From Camelus dromedarius (lineage: Eukaryota), in the NCBI RefSeq assembly GCF_036321535.1, contig NC_087472.1:96474001-96538000 (forward strand): DNA of 64,000 bases, in the 5' to 3' direction. Positions 26,166 through 38,598 of this stretch are shown one piece after another. The notes under the pieces were generated by a model. That model was given only the letters and a program-made list of their open reading frames with translations. It was not told the DNA's origin and made no database searches. The position numbers and the translations under genes are program-made. Numbering within the stretch: position 1 is the stretch's first letter; every line of letters begins with the position of its first letter.

Positions 26166-27959
26166 TGCCCCACATAATGAGCTAAACAAGAGAATGGGGG
26201 CAAAAAGTGAATTCGTGATTTAGGAGACAGCTGAGGAAATCACTCAGAGGCAGCACGGTGATAAAAAGATTTAAATATGGAAAAGTAATTAAGAGCTAGG
26301 AGGTAGATTGAGAGCCACCAAAACATATTTAATGAAAGTTCCAGAGAGTGAAACCAGAAAGAACCAGAAGTGGCAATATTTAAGGAGATAATGTCTGAGA
26401 ATTTTCCAGGACTGAGGAAAGACAGAGTCCCTAGATTGAAAAAGCTATTTCCAGGAAGGATGGGCTGTATTATTCATACCAATCAACTAAAAATATGGGT
26501 AACTGACAAACAACTAAACACATGGATAATTTCTTTCAAATCTCAAGAGTATTTAAAAGCTAATGAAAAAGTAAGGAAATACCAGGCCAAAATCCAAGAG
26601 AAAAGCAGGAGTCTATAGGAAGAAACAGTTCCAAAGGCCAGAATCACTTTTATCCCAAGGGATTTGCTAATAAGGAACACTTGTGCTTCAATTTTAGCAG
26701 CTTAATGGGGAAATCTGGACATAAAACAACCCAAGGTAGAGAAAGTAATAGGAGGCCTTTCCCATGTTAAGCCAGGACCCCACTGGCTTCGTAATACTCA
26801 AAGCAGGAAAAAAATTCCTTCCCTGCAAAGTTGTGACCATGAACTTGCAGCTCAGGTTCACATTGCCTGAGTAGTTCTGGGAAATTAGAGCTGTGTACCT
26901 GACGTAAAGTGGTTCCAGATTGGGGCTATCCCAAGAAGAAAAAGCAAATGGAAAACTTTTTTTTTGGAGGAAAGCAGCTTCATCCTAGGCTTCAGTGAAT
27001 CTTCAAAATAAATTTTCAAGTACAGTAATCAGTATAAAGTAAAAATAGAAAAAGATAGAAGGGAACAAGTCATCATGAGTGGGAACCAGTTGAAACAACA
27101 GAGTACAGAATCAGGCTTCCAAAACTTCAGACAAAGATTAATTGGAAACAATGCTTACTTTATTTAAAGAAATAAAAGACATGATTGAAAATATCTGCAA
27201 GAAGAAAAAACTATAAAAAGTGACCCTTCTTTGTTTCCAATACCATCCTCCAATAAAAGGAATCAGGCCTCCTTGGAGAATGGTTGTTTCTAGGATAGGG
27301 GCAGGAAAAATACAAGGTGAGCCTGGAGCATCTTGAAGTACCAGAAAGTATGGAAATGCGAAAAAAAAAATGATGGGAATATGTCAAAGGAACACAAGAG
27401 ACAACCTGAAGGAGCTACTAACTCAAAGTTGGAATAATTTGGGCAAGAAAAACAAACCAAATCATGTAGTACTGAACTACAATCTAAAGTTATATTTATA
27501 AAATAAATATCCATAAGTCCATATGGATAGAAACAACTGGAAAAAAAACTAATGGGGGAGAATAGACAAATCTCTTGCACTGAAGAATTCCAAATAATTT
27601 AGGTAGATACCCCCTCAAGGAGGTAAAGCTTAACTCCTTACCCCTTAAGTGTGGGCTATACTTAGAGTCTTGCTTCCAAAGAGTGCTCTATCAAAAGGGG
27701 GGAAAGTAACTTTACAGTGGAGAAACCTGGCAAGCACCAGGTCAGCCAGGTGCTCAAGGTCAACGTCGCCAGTGAAATTGCACAAAGACATATTACCTAC
27801 AAAGGAGAAACAGACCGACAGAGGACTTTTCAACAAAAATAGCAGAGACCTACAGAAAATAGAAAGTTAATTTCAGTGAGCTGGAAGAAAATAACAGCCA
27901 ACCGAGCAAACTATATTCAGTGATAATATCATGAATAAATGTGAAATTTTCAAAAAGAG

Positions 27960-28049
27960 GGGGTGGGTATAGCTCAGTGGTAGAGTGTGTGCTTAGCATG
28001 CGTGAGGTCCTGGGTTCAATCCCTAGTACCTCCACTAAAAATTAAATTA
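27960..28049 (+). mobile_element. tRNA-Ala-derived camelid SINE (short-tail form)
   Basis: GGGTATAGCTCAGTGGTAGAG...CTTAGCATG...GGTTCAATCCCTAGTACCTCCA; approximate TSD GAAATTTT(C)AAAAAGAG. Confidence 0.9.
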
Positions 28050-28639
28050 GAAATTTTAAAAAGAGAAGCAGAACCACAGGAAATCCAGAAAATGAAGTTA
28101 TTGGAGTCTGATTTAAAAAAAAAAAAAAACTATGGGTCGTATGCTCAAAGAATTAAAAGAAAAGATTTAAAATTTTGGCCAAGAAAAATCAGAAACTATG
28201 AAAAGAATCAACTGCGAATCTGGAACACAAAATACAGTAACTGAAATTAATAATTTGATTGATGGGCTTAACAGCATATTATTCACAGCTAAAGAGATAA
28301 TTGATGAACTGCAAGATTAATCCAGGAGAAGAAGTACTTATGACAAAGTGCAGGGGCACTAAAAGGAAAATACCCAAAACAGTGTAAGAGACACATAGGT
28401 TATAATGAAAAGATCTAACAAAAGTGTAATTGGAGTCCCAGAAGGAAAGGAGAGGCAAAATGGGACAGAAGTAATATTTGAAGAGATAATGGCTGGCAAT
28501 TTTCCAAAACTAATGAAACACACAAGCCATATATTCAAGAATTGCTATTAATCTGAAGTAGTATAAATACAAAGAAAACCACACGTAGGCACACCACAGT
28601 CAGACTGCTGAAAACAAAAGCCGAAGAAACAAAAAGACG

Positions 28640-29005
28640 AATGAACTTATTTATAAAACAGAAACAGACTCACAGACATAGAAAACAAACTTATGGTTAC
28701 CAGCAGGGGAGGAGGTGGGAAGGGATAAATTGGGAGTTCGAGATTTGCAGATACTGACTGGTATATATAAAATAGATAAACAAGTTTTTTTCTGTATAGC
28801 ACAGGGAACTATACTCAATATCTTGTAGTAACCTATGGTGAAAAAGAATATGAAAATGAATATATGTACGCTCATGTATGACAGAAGCATTGTGCTGAAC
28901 ACCAGAAACTGACAACATTGTAAACTGACTATTACTCAATAAAAAAATGTTTAAAAAAAAAACATTGTAAACTGACTATACTTCAATTAAAAAAAGATTT
29001 TTAAA
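28640..29005 (+). mobile_element. Young L1 3'UTR fragment with duplicated tail
   Basis: aacagactcacagacatagaaaacaaacttatggttacc; same family as 3782-4231. Confidence 0.9.
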
Positions 29006-32000
29006 AAAGTAAAAACCAAAGAAACAAATCTTAAAAGAAGACACACACAAAAATACAATTACCTTCAAAAAAGCAATAATAAGACTGACAAATAATTTCT
29101 CAACAGAACAAATTGGAAGAAAATGAAGTATCTTCAAAGTGCTGAGAGCAAATAACTGCCTATCCCAAATTAGATACTCAATGAAAATACGCTTCAAAAA
29201 TGAAGGTGAAAAAACAAACAGACAAAAGACTAGTGAAAGTCATCACCAGGAGAATTTCCTTGAAGGACATACTAAAGGGTGGCATTCAGACAGAAGGGAA
29301 ATGATCCCAGATGGAAGTCTGAATTTGCAGGAAGGAATAAAGAGCAAGTGAAAGTGTAAATACGTGGGCAGTTCTAAATTAAGATTGACTGTACAATACA
29401 ATAATAATAATGTTTTGAGAGGCTTAATATATACAACTACAATGGCATATAGGTCAGCAGGGAGTATAAACAGGATGTTCTCCAGCCCCTGCATGGCCCT
29501 GGGAGTAGGCAAAATTACCGTTTAATATTAGATTTTAATAAATCAAAGATGTGTGCTTAATCTCTATTACAAGCACCACCCAGCAATTTTATTCCTAGAT
29601 ATATACCCAAGAGATATGTCTGAACATGTCCACCAAAAGTGAAGTACAAGAATCTTTACAGCGTTTTCTTGTAATAACCTACACTGGAATATAATCTGCA
29701 AAAAAAAAAGAATCACTGTGCTCTACACCTGAAACTAACATTGTATTGTAAATTAACTATACTTCAATTTTTTAAAAAAGGGGTAGGTGGGAAGCACTCA
29801 GATAGCCTTTAAATTGAAATCAAAGTTCAATTTCTTAAATATCAAATCCATGGAAAGGGAGAGCAGTTTGGACAACACTGGAGAATAGTGGTAGAAGGTG
29901 TCCTTTTTCAAGTTGAAAATCTATTCTGACTTCTAGAATTCTGAAGTTAGACCTCTCCTCGCTAAGATTTCAGTCTAGTTACATCTAGAAAAACAAGACT
30001 CTTTTGTCCTGAAATACAAGGTCCTGAAAGTATCTTTTTATAAGACTGAAAGTATTTGTAAATGGTTCAAAAAGCTCATTTGTAATGAACTAACATTTTA
30101 GAAACAACTTTCAGTGACTTAAGTGACAATGAGTCAGAAGCATACTGATTAAGGTTTACCCTGAAATGCCTATGGGTTTAAAGATTAACAACAGGCCAAG
30201 AGATAGAAAAGACACATTTTAGACATTTCCAAAGGCAATACATTTGACTAATTTTTTTAAGTCGCTAAACAAAGCAAAGGAACTTGACTCCTTTTTCTGT
30301 GTACAATGCTATCGCAAGCTATAAGATAAAAGTAACACCAACATTACTTTGTATATTTTCATTGTAATTTTTGTCTTCTTGATAGTAAGATTATTAATTA
30401 CAGAAACAAAATAAATCTAATCAAGCAACCATTCTATTGCTAAATTTTAAAAGTTCTAATTAAGTGCAGTGTTTGAGAATGAAAGACAATTTGGGAGTTG
30501 GGTGTGATTATTAGAACATTTTCCCAACTTTGCATTTTTTATAGCTCAGTATTTTTTGTCTTATTTAAACTATAGATATATTTTCTCTTTATTTGGGGTA
30601 TAAGCTTACTTTGTCTCACCCTAGAAATGTATGTATCTGGTAAGAGCAACAAAAAGAAATGAAAACGCGTTTATTTAAGTGTATTATAAATAAAATGCTA
30701 CTGTGACAAAACCTATCCTGTCATTACACAGGGATAGAAAGTTGAAGCTACCGAAGTAAAATTAATGGGAAAAAAAAAAGAATCTTCCCAGTGGCAATAT
30801 TTGAGATAGCCCCAGATGTTGACAGAGAACGAACAGATACATAAATTGAAGTAAATTCACCCAATGGAGCAAAACAGAACCAAGGAGTTCCAGAGAGTCT
30901 CTGTGACCGGAGTCACTTGACAATCTTTCCCAGCACAGCCACTGGAATGAATGAATTGATTTGCTTCAGTCTGTTTAGGATTAAAGGATTAAAAGTTCCA
31001 GAAGACTGAGTCACCCTCACATACTTTGGGCGACAGGCTGACACTTTGGCTCTACTGCAGAAATGAGAAGAAGAATCTGGCAGATGGAGCCTTCAGGGGC
31101 CTCTGTAGCAGGAGTTCTGCCAGATCCTCAATTTCTCCTTCCACCAAGATTTACACACCTAGAGAATTGCCCAGAAATCACCCTGCTTGCTGTTGGGAAG
31201 GCTGAATGCATGTTGCGTGGTACCCGCCCTCCCCTCACCAAACAATCCATCCCTTTGGTCACTAATTAATCATATAACCCATCTCCCCCTATATACACTT
31301 CCCAAAATTCTGTTGACTCAAGTAATGTAATTACTTCCCCTTACGACATAAAATGAACTCATACTTCCCAAAGAGAGACCAAAGTAGCCTCAGTTTCTGC
31401 ACCCAGCTGCAAGAGAAAGATCTTTGGCTCAGATCTGTTCCTCTTCTAATTCCAACATAATTCTGCAAATTAGGATCTAACTAGCAAGTTTATCCATCTT
31501 CATCTGTATTGAGAAAGGAGTCAGTCAAAGGTTGGAGAAATTCTTTAAAATATATAAAATACACGTTTGGCGAGGAAGAAAACTTGAGTATTGGCAACAG
31601 TCTGTGTTTGCAACTAGTTATGAGGTTTCCCTTCTCCAGCAGACAATCCTGATGCCTCTCCCTTTGCTGGCGCGAGGGGTCCCCAGCTTTCAGTCCTGGG
31701 AGTCTATGCCCTTCTGAGTCCTGCCTATTTAGGCATCCGGTGTCTTTCATTAACTTTTACCGAGGGGAGTTCCCTGAGTTCCATTCAGCCTCTGCCTTGC
31801 CCCCATAAGGTGGCAGCAACCTCTCTGGCATTGATCAGAGGCAATTAATCAAGCCAACATCATAACCCCCTGGTTTTTGCCTTCACACAGTAGTTTTGGA
31901 AGGAGACAAGCAGTTTGTGTCCTGGATAAGCTCAGCGGCTCTCTAGATTAATGCCCCAGCTGAAACCAGGGGCTCTCCCTCAGCCCGAAGGGAGAGGCTG

Positions 32001-32159
32001 CAAGTGATCTCAGTTTCTCACAGGCGCTCCCAGTGCTATCAGCAACAGGCAGCCGATGTTCTCAGAACTGGAATGCAACTCCCCTGGGTAGTTGGCATCC
32101 AAGCCCAAGTTCACGCCCTTCCCCCCTACCCTTGCTACACACACACACTACTGCTCTCA

Positions 32160-32890
32160 CAGGAACACTACAAGAAGGGAGAAAATCGGCCAATAAATAT
32201 ATGAAAAGATTGTCAACTTCACTCATAACTAGGGGAATACAAACTAAAACAACAAGGAGTCATTTTTCACCCACCAGACCGGAAAATACGACATTCTGGC
32301 AAAAGTTGAGGGCAAACGGGCACTTTCCTGACCTCAGAAAGTATAAATTGACACAGCCATTCTGTTGGACAACTTGGCATTGTGGCTAAGACCAAAACTG
32401 TGCATATAATATGACCCAGCATCTCCCTTCTTAGGTGTCTGGTCTAGAAAAACACACTCTGGCACAGGTAGGAGATGTTCACGGCAACATTGTGTTTAGC
32501 AGTAAAGCTCTGGAAACAACTTAAGGTCAACAGTGCAAGATACGTAAGTAAAATGCGGTGTTTGCATTTCATAGCTCAGAATGGGCAAGAGCCACATATA
32601 TCAATAGGGATTTTAAAACTGGATGAGATGCTTGAGCGGAAGGAGTGAAAAAAGTGAATGATAATGCAAGAGAGTATTATTTTGGAAGGCCAAGCACCTG
32701 CATGTTTGTATAATGTTTTTAAGTTCCACAAAGACTGACTCCAAACTCGTAATAAAGAGTGGAGAGGCGCAGAGGAGGGGGACTTGGGTCAGGTTACTGC
32801 CGAAGAGGACCTTCTCCATAATGTATTTATTTTCACCAGGAGGATGTGTTCACATTTTATTCTTACAACTGAAAATGAATGAGAAAAACA
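32160..32890 (+). mobile_element. Ancient L1 (L1ME-like) 3' fragment
   Basis: aaatatatgaaaagattgtcaacttcactcata; atatgacccagcatctcccttcttagg. Confidence 0.7.
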
Positions 32891-33167
32891 ATGCATGTTA
32901 CTCTGGAAAGTATACTCACCTTAAAATGCTCACTCACCTGGTGTATGATAAAGACCTGTCTTTTGTGACATCCTCTTTGTAGGACTACAGACAGAGTGGC
33001 CCCAGAAGCTTCTGGGAGTACTTTCCTGGAGACACAGTTCTGATAGGCTAACCAGGCAGGCCCAGTAGAAAGGCTTTATGAGGCTTATTAAGCCAACTTC
33101 AAACAGGAGACTTCTGAAGCTTTTGAAAATCCATCAAAATTAGTGAGCCAGCATTGGCCCTTAAAAT

Positions 33168-33238
33168 ACTTATCTCCTATGGCATAACAAATTATCCCCA
33201 AAATTAATGACCCAAAACAACATTTGTTGGTGGTGGTG

Positions 33239-33278
<40 letters not shown>

Positions 33279-33895
33279 CAGGGGTTGGTGGAAGGGTGTG
33301 AACTTGAGCTTGGATGCCAACTACCCGGAAGAGTTGCGTTCCAGTTGTGAGAACACCGGCTGCCCATTGTTTTCACCTTCACACAGTAGTTTGGGGAAGA
33401 GACAAGCATTGCTGTGTCCTAGCTAACCCCAGCAGCTCTCTTTCTATTTTGCCCCAGTTTCTGTAGGTCTCTCACAGCAGTGCAGTCAAGATGTCCCCGG
33501 GCTCTGTGGAGGAAGGATCTGCTTCCATGCTCACTCCCACGGTTGTTGACAGGATAGTGGTTCTTACAGGCTGTTGGACTAAGAGCTCTCAGTTCCAACG
33601 AGGGCCTCAGTTTCCCACTGGTTGTTGGCCAGAGGCTGCCCTCAGTTCCTTGCCATGTGGACCTCTCCATAGGGTAGCTCACAACGTGGCAGCTGGCTTC
33701 AGCAGGACAACCAAGCAAGAGGCACCAGAGAGAGACCACTTGCGACCAAGACAGAGGTTATACTATTTTGTAAACTAGTTTGAGAAGGGCTCCTCCACCA
33801 CCTTTGTCACAGTCTGTTCATTAGAAGCAAGTGACTAACTAGTGCAGCACACACTTAAGGACAGACAGGCATCACTGGGATTCAGTTCAGAAGCC
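33168..33895 (-). mobile_element. MLT1 (E/F-like) LTR interrupted by a non-LTR insert at ~33230-33454
   Basis: cataacaaattatccccaaaatta...aaaacaacatt then cagtttctgtaggtc; cctcagttccttgccatgtggacctctccataggg. Confidence 0.75.
33240..33276. repeat. (GT)n microsatellite
   Basis: Directly visible; another (GT)n at ~34972-35008. Confidence 0.95.
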
Positions 33896-34039
33896 TGGGA
33901 ATTCCGTGCTCTGTTTATGCTGTGTTAAAACGGGGCCCATGGGGGGAGAGGGGAGTGCCCCCGGAATGGAGGAACCATTAGTACCCAAAGGAGCCCTAAA
34001 AGAGAACTCCTGGTGTTGTTAGACGGAATATCAGTTAGT

Positions 34040-34053
34040 CCAGTAGATGGCGC
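34040..34053 (+). promoter_or_regulatory. CTCF core motif
   Basis: CCAGTAGATGGCGC matches the CCASYAGRKGGCRS consensus exactly, in non-repetitive DNA. Confidence 0.65.
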
Positions 34054-34970
34054 CCCTGGCTACGAGCTAGTACCCATTCCCTTGAGAACAGCACCTTCTG
34101 ACACAGCCTACCCTGGGAATAAAGAGATTTAAGCAGCTGATTGAATATTCTTAATAGGGAATTATCACATATACCATTTTGATGATTAATTTTTCAAAGA
34201 AAAATAATATAGTTCTACAATTCTAACTGATTTCTGTAATTTTCTTTTTAAAATTTTGTTACAGACTTTGACATATATGATGGCAAATTATAGCATAACA
34301 ACATAAGTTATGGCATGCAGGGCAGGACCTGAGCATTACTAAGACAGCAGTCCTTTTAAATGAAGAGCTCTTCAAGTCAGCATCATAACTGATAAATTCA
34401 ACAACAGGGGGCCATTTGTGCCTAACGAAATATTGTACTTCCAGGAAAATGGCCATCCCAATCACGATGCATCAAGTGACTCTTCTATCAGTGTTTTTCA
34501 AACTATAGTATGTGATTTATTAGTGGATCAGAAGGGACATTCCCATGGGGCTGAACAAACTTCTGGGTGGCTAATCTGAAGACTACATGTGCACATGTGG
34601 AGTCTTTCTCTCTCTCCCTCTCTCTCTGTCTCTCTGGCTCGCTCCCCTGGTGTTCTCCAGGGGCTTGTGCTGAGCAGTGGCCAGCAGCAACATGTACTCT
34701 TTCCCCAAAACTGCCCCGGGAAGACGACCAACCCCAACGGAGAGAGACACAGCCAAACATCGCCCACTCTGCTGCAGCCCCATAATCCACGAAACAAGCT
34801 GTCTAATTGGAGCCGGCATCACAGTCATCCAAACAGGATTTCTCACACCGAAACAGGAGCACACAAAATTCACAGAACATCTGAGGAAATTCATTGCCAT
34901 GAAAGATAGGCACCAAGCTCAACCAACACAAGAAATACCAGAGTTGCCTCCAGTATTAATGGAGGAGTAG

Positions 34971-35009
<39 letters not shown>

Positions 35010-35159
35010 AGGGTGTGTTCCCTTCCACTCCACCTTGAAGAGCCTGAAATATCTCAAGGCTGAGGTAACAGGAAGAGCCTTTTTTAAAATGTAATTAAAA
35101 GCTGAGAAGGAGACATGAACTCTTTCAGTATCATTAGATTCAAAATATACACCAGTAGG

Positions 35160-35808
35160 CAAAAATAAACAAATGGGATCGAATTAAGCTTAAAAACTTT
35201 TGCACAGCTAAGGATACCATCAACAAAATGAAAAGACAACCTACAGAATGGGAGAAAAATTTGCAGATGATGCGACTGACAAAGGACCAATTTCCAAAAT
35301 ATATAAACAGCTCATGCATCTTAATATCAAAAAAACCAAGCAACCCAATTCAAAAATGAGCAGAAGACCTAAACAAGAAATTCTCCAGTAAAGACATACA
35401 AATGGCCAACAGGCACATGAAAAAATGCTTAGCATCGCTAATTGTCAGAGAAATGCAAGTCAAAACCACAGTGAGATAACTACTTCACACCAGCCATAAT
35501 GGCTGTCATTATAAAGTCCACAAATGACAAATGCTGGAGAGGCTGTGGAGAAAAGGGAACCCTGCTACACTGTTGGTGGGAATGTAAATTGGTGCAGCCA
35601 CTATGGAAGACAGTATGGAGGTTCCTTAAGAAACTAAAAATAGACTTGCCATATGATCCAGTAATCCCACTCCTGGGCATATACCTGGAGGAAAATAAAA
35701 TTCAAAAAGACACCTGCACCCCAATGTTCATAGCAGCACTATTTACAACAGCCAAGACATGGAAACAACCCAAATGTCCATCAACAGATGACTGGATAAA
35801 GAAGGTGT

Positions 35809-35853
<45 letters not shown>

Positions 35854-36341
35854 GCAGGCAGACAGACAGACAATGGAACACTACTCAGTCACAAAAAAGA
35901 ATAAAATAATGCCATTTGCAGCAACATGGATGGACCTGGAGGTCATCATTCTAAGTGAAGTAAGACAGAAAGAGAAAGAAAAGTGCCATATGATATCCCT
36001 TATATGTGGAATCTAAAAAAAAAGGGACACAAATGAACTACTTAGTGCTTATAACTTAGATGATTTCTTAAATATGTGTAAGCACATTTAACTGCCCTTT
36101 ATGATTGGATTACTGCATTCTGTTGATTCTTATCTTGTGGTTGGCTTTATTCCTTTGATATCTATGTAAGTTTAAAAAGTGAAAGCTCTCAACTGTTCTT
36201 AGAAACAATGAACAGTACATATATGTAAATTTTTAAAAATATATGCAGTATATGTATATATGTATTCACATGCAATATATTGTACATATGCAGTCAAATT
36301 GTAACAATTCTACCTAATAAAACTGAAAAATAAAAAAATAT
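35160..36341 (+). mobile_element. 5'-truncated L1 (ORF2 C-terminus) with (GATA)n at ~35812-35852 and atypical 3' end
   Basis: Peptide [35 protein letters not shown] is the L1 ORF2 cysteine-rich region; TSD ATATACACCA(GT/AC)AGG at 35145-35159 and 36342-36356. Confidence 0.9.
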
Positions 36342-36955
36342 ATATACACCAACAGGAAGTGATCCTCCATAGAAACCTCTGATTGCTTTGTAACTATTTC
36401 TCCCACAGGCCATAGCATCACGATGGACTCTCCCACTGTTCACCTCCTCCTTCAGGATCTAAAGCTTTCTCCTCCCCCATCCAAAAGAGGAACGGCGTGG
36501 AGCACAGTATAACTGACAGCCCATAACAGAGGTACTAAAAAGATCAAGGAATATGGGGAGGGGGCAAAGATGTTGGAAATGGTTCAAGGAGATTGCTCTC
36601 TACTAGCGGAAAAGCTGGACACAGATGAGTTGAATGGATGAAGATAACTTGCCAAGTTCCGTAGACTCCATATGGCTTGGATGATGAAGTAAAGAACCAA
36701 TTTTTGTTGGCTTGGCTGAGGGTGTGCGTGTGCTACATCTTTTACCTCTCTGATCACTTAAACAACTTTGCTTTCTCCCAAGTAGAAGACAGAAAGAGGA
36801 AAAAGTCATGTACGAGGTAGTTACTGACCGCCCTGTCCCCTCCCCAGCAGAGCAAGGGACTTAGGGCCTGGACTACATTTTGGGGTGCTATAAGTCATCT
36901 TTCAGTTTTAAGGTGTGATAGCCTGCTGGACTTCAAATTAAAGCGTTAGTTTTGC

Positions 36956-37209
36956 AGAGAGGGAAACAGTTAAGAGGTAGAGTGCATGCTTAGCATGCAT
37001 GAGGTCCTAGGTTCAATCCCCAGTACCACCATAAAAAAAAAAAACTTTTGTGTTAAACCAGAAAAAGAAGGGGGTGCGTATAGCTCAGAGGTAGAGTGTG
37101 TGCTTAGCATTCACAAGGTCCTGGGCTCAATCCCCAGTACCTCCATTAAAATAAATAAATAAAAACCTAACTACTCCTCCTCCCAAAAAAGTTAAAATAA
37201 ATTTTAAAA
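36956..37209 (+). mobile_element. Two adjacent tRNA-Ala-derived SINEs (~36956-37044 and 37070-37209)
   Basis: Both have CTTAGCAT and a B-box-like GG(T/C)TCAATCCCCAGTACC; second has TSD AAACC(A/T)GAAAAAGAA at 37055-37069 and 37210-37224. Confidence 0.9.
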
Positions 37210-37759
37210 AAACCTGAAAAAGAAAACATTTTTCCATGAACATTAGACTATTATAATAACAATGTTAAAGAACAGGAGCTGCCCAGACAGGCCAAGGCCA
37301 TGATAGACCTGACAGTCACCCTAAACAGCCCAAAAGAGGGACCGCGTGAGGTCTGAAGTCAGAGAGGCAAATCTGGGGGAGAATATGCTGTTCAAAGTGT
37401 AAATACTGCAGAGAAAACCAAGCACATGCAGCATTGTGTAAGTCTACCAAATGGAGAAAGTCTGAAGTTGTAAAGGAGATGTCATCTAAAACATAACCTC
37501 CACAGATAGCCAGTTTCTTAAGAAATTGAAGTTGTTCCTGGATGGAGACAGGGGTCTTGTGATTGACATGCTTGCATTCACTCAGGACCCTCCTAGGCTC
37601 CACCAGTGCCTTCAGCCCCCTGCTCGAGATGCTAGCAGCCTCTGTGTGGCTGGTGATGATGTCGGCTTTGAAGTCACTGATATGGAGTACTTGCTGCTGG
37701 AAACATGATCAGTTAGTAAGAAGTGCCTCTTAAGGTACCAGATCAAAAGACTGATCTGT

Positions 37760-38098
37760 TACACACTACTGTATAGAAAATAGATAAACAACAAGGACCT
37801 AGTGTATAGCACAGAGAACTATATTCAGTTTCTTTTTTTAATTTTTTTTTCTTTTGGGGGGAGGTAATTAGGTTTATTTATTTAATGGAGGTACTGAGGA
37901 TTGAACCTGGGACCTTGTGCATACTAAGCAGGCACTCTACCACTGAGCTGTACCCTCTCACCTCAATTTCTTATAATAAGCCATAATGGAAAAGAATCTG
38001 GAAATATATGTATATGCATAACTGAGTCACTTTGCTGTACACCTGAGACTAACATTGTAAATCAACTACACTTCAATTTCTTAAAAAATAGGGGGGAA
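37760..38098 (+). mobile_element. L1 3' end with a nested antisense SINE (37835-37962)
   Basis: Perfect 15-bp TSD AAAAGACTGATCTGT at 37745-37759 and 38099-38113; SINE TSD TCA(G/A)TTTCTT. Confidence 0.92.
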
Positions 38099-38421
38099 AA
38101 AAGACTGATCTGTGATTACAGATGCCAATGAAATGAAACAAGGATGGAAACTGCAAGAATGGAGCATCAATGAAATGACTCCCAGTTTAGGGTTGTTCAT
38201 GAGCCCTGCGTCACCAAATTGTCTGTTTGTGTTTAAGAGCTGCCTCACAGCCCTAAGGAGAACAGCAGAATGGACAGCAACTGCAATTCACAGGCCCGCT
38301 GTATTAGCACGTGCCAGTGAGACGCGAAAACAGCAGTACCTGCTTCTTCCGACCGGAACAACCATGACAGCAGCATCTCCCAGGAAAGACAGCAAGGCTC
38401 CAAGGGCCAGAGCGTCAGGAG

Positions 38422-38598
38422 AAGAGGTTCTCAACCTTGGCTGCACATGGAGTCACCTGGGAGCTTTTTAAAACCACTGACGCCTTGGCCCCTCCCTCTG
38501 AGATTCACATTCAACTGGCCTGGGCTGTGTCCTGTGCGGGGGAATGCTTTAAACCATCCCAGGTGAGTCTAATGTGCGGCCAGGGCTGAGAAACTCTG
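38422..38598. mobile_element. MER5A-family MITE
   Basis: AGAGGTTCTCAACCTTGGCTGCACAT...ATGTGCGGCCAGGGCTGAGAAACTCT inverted termini. Confidence 0.85.

Larger units (their letters stand above)
23340..29780 (+). mobile_element. Mosaic of ancient L1 ORF1/HAL1-like fragments with younger insertions
   Basis: ORF1 hallmarks such as gagataatgtctgagaattttccag and ggagtcccagaaggaaaggagagg; A-rich plus strand. Confidence 0.65.

Noticed and set aside
27963..28034. Near-complete tRNA-Ala(AGC) sequence ending in CCA
   Set aside because: Has an A-rich tail, a TSD, stem mismatches and several diverged siblings in the window; it is a SINE, not a tRNA gene
35499..35810. 103-aa ORF with Cys/Trp motif
   Set aside because: C-terminal fragment of L1 ORF2 in a 5'-truncated copy, not a host gene or active element
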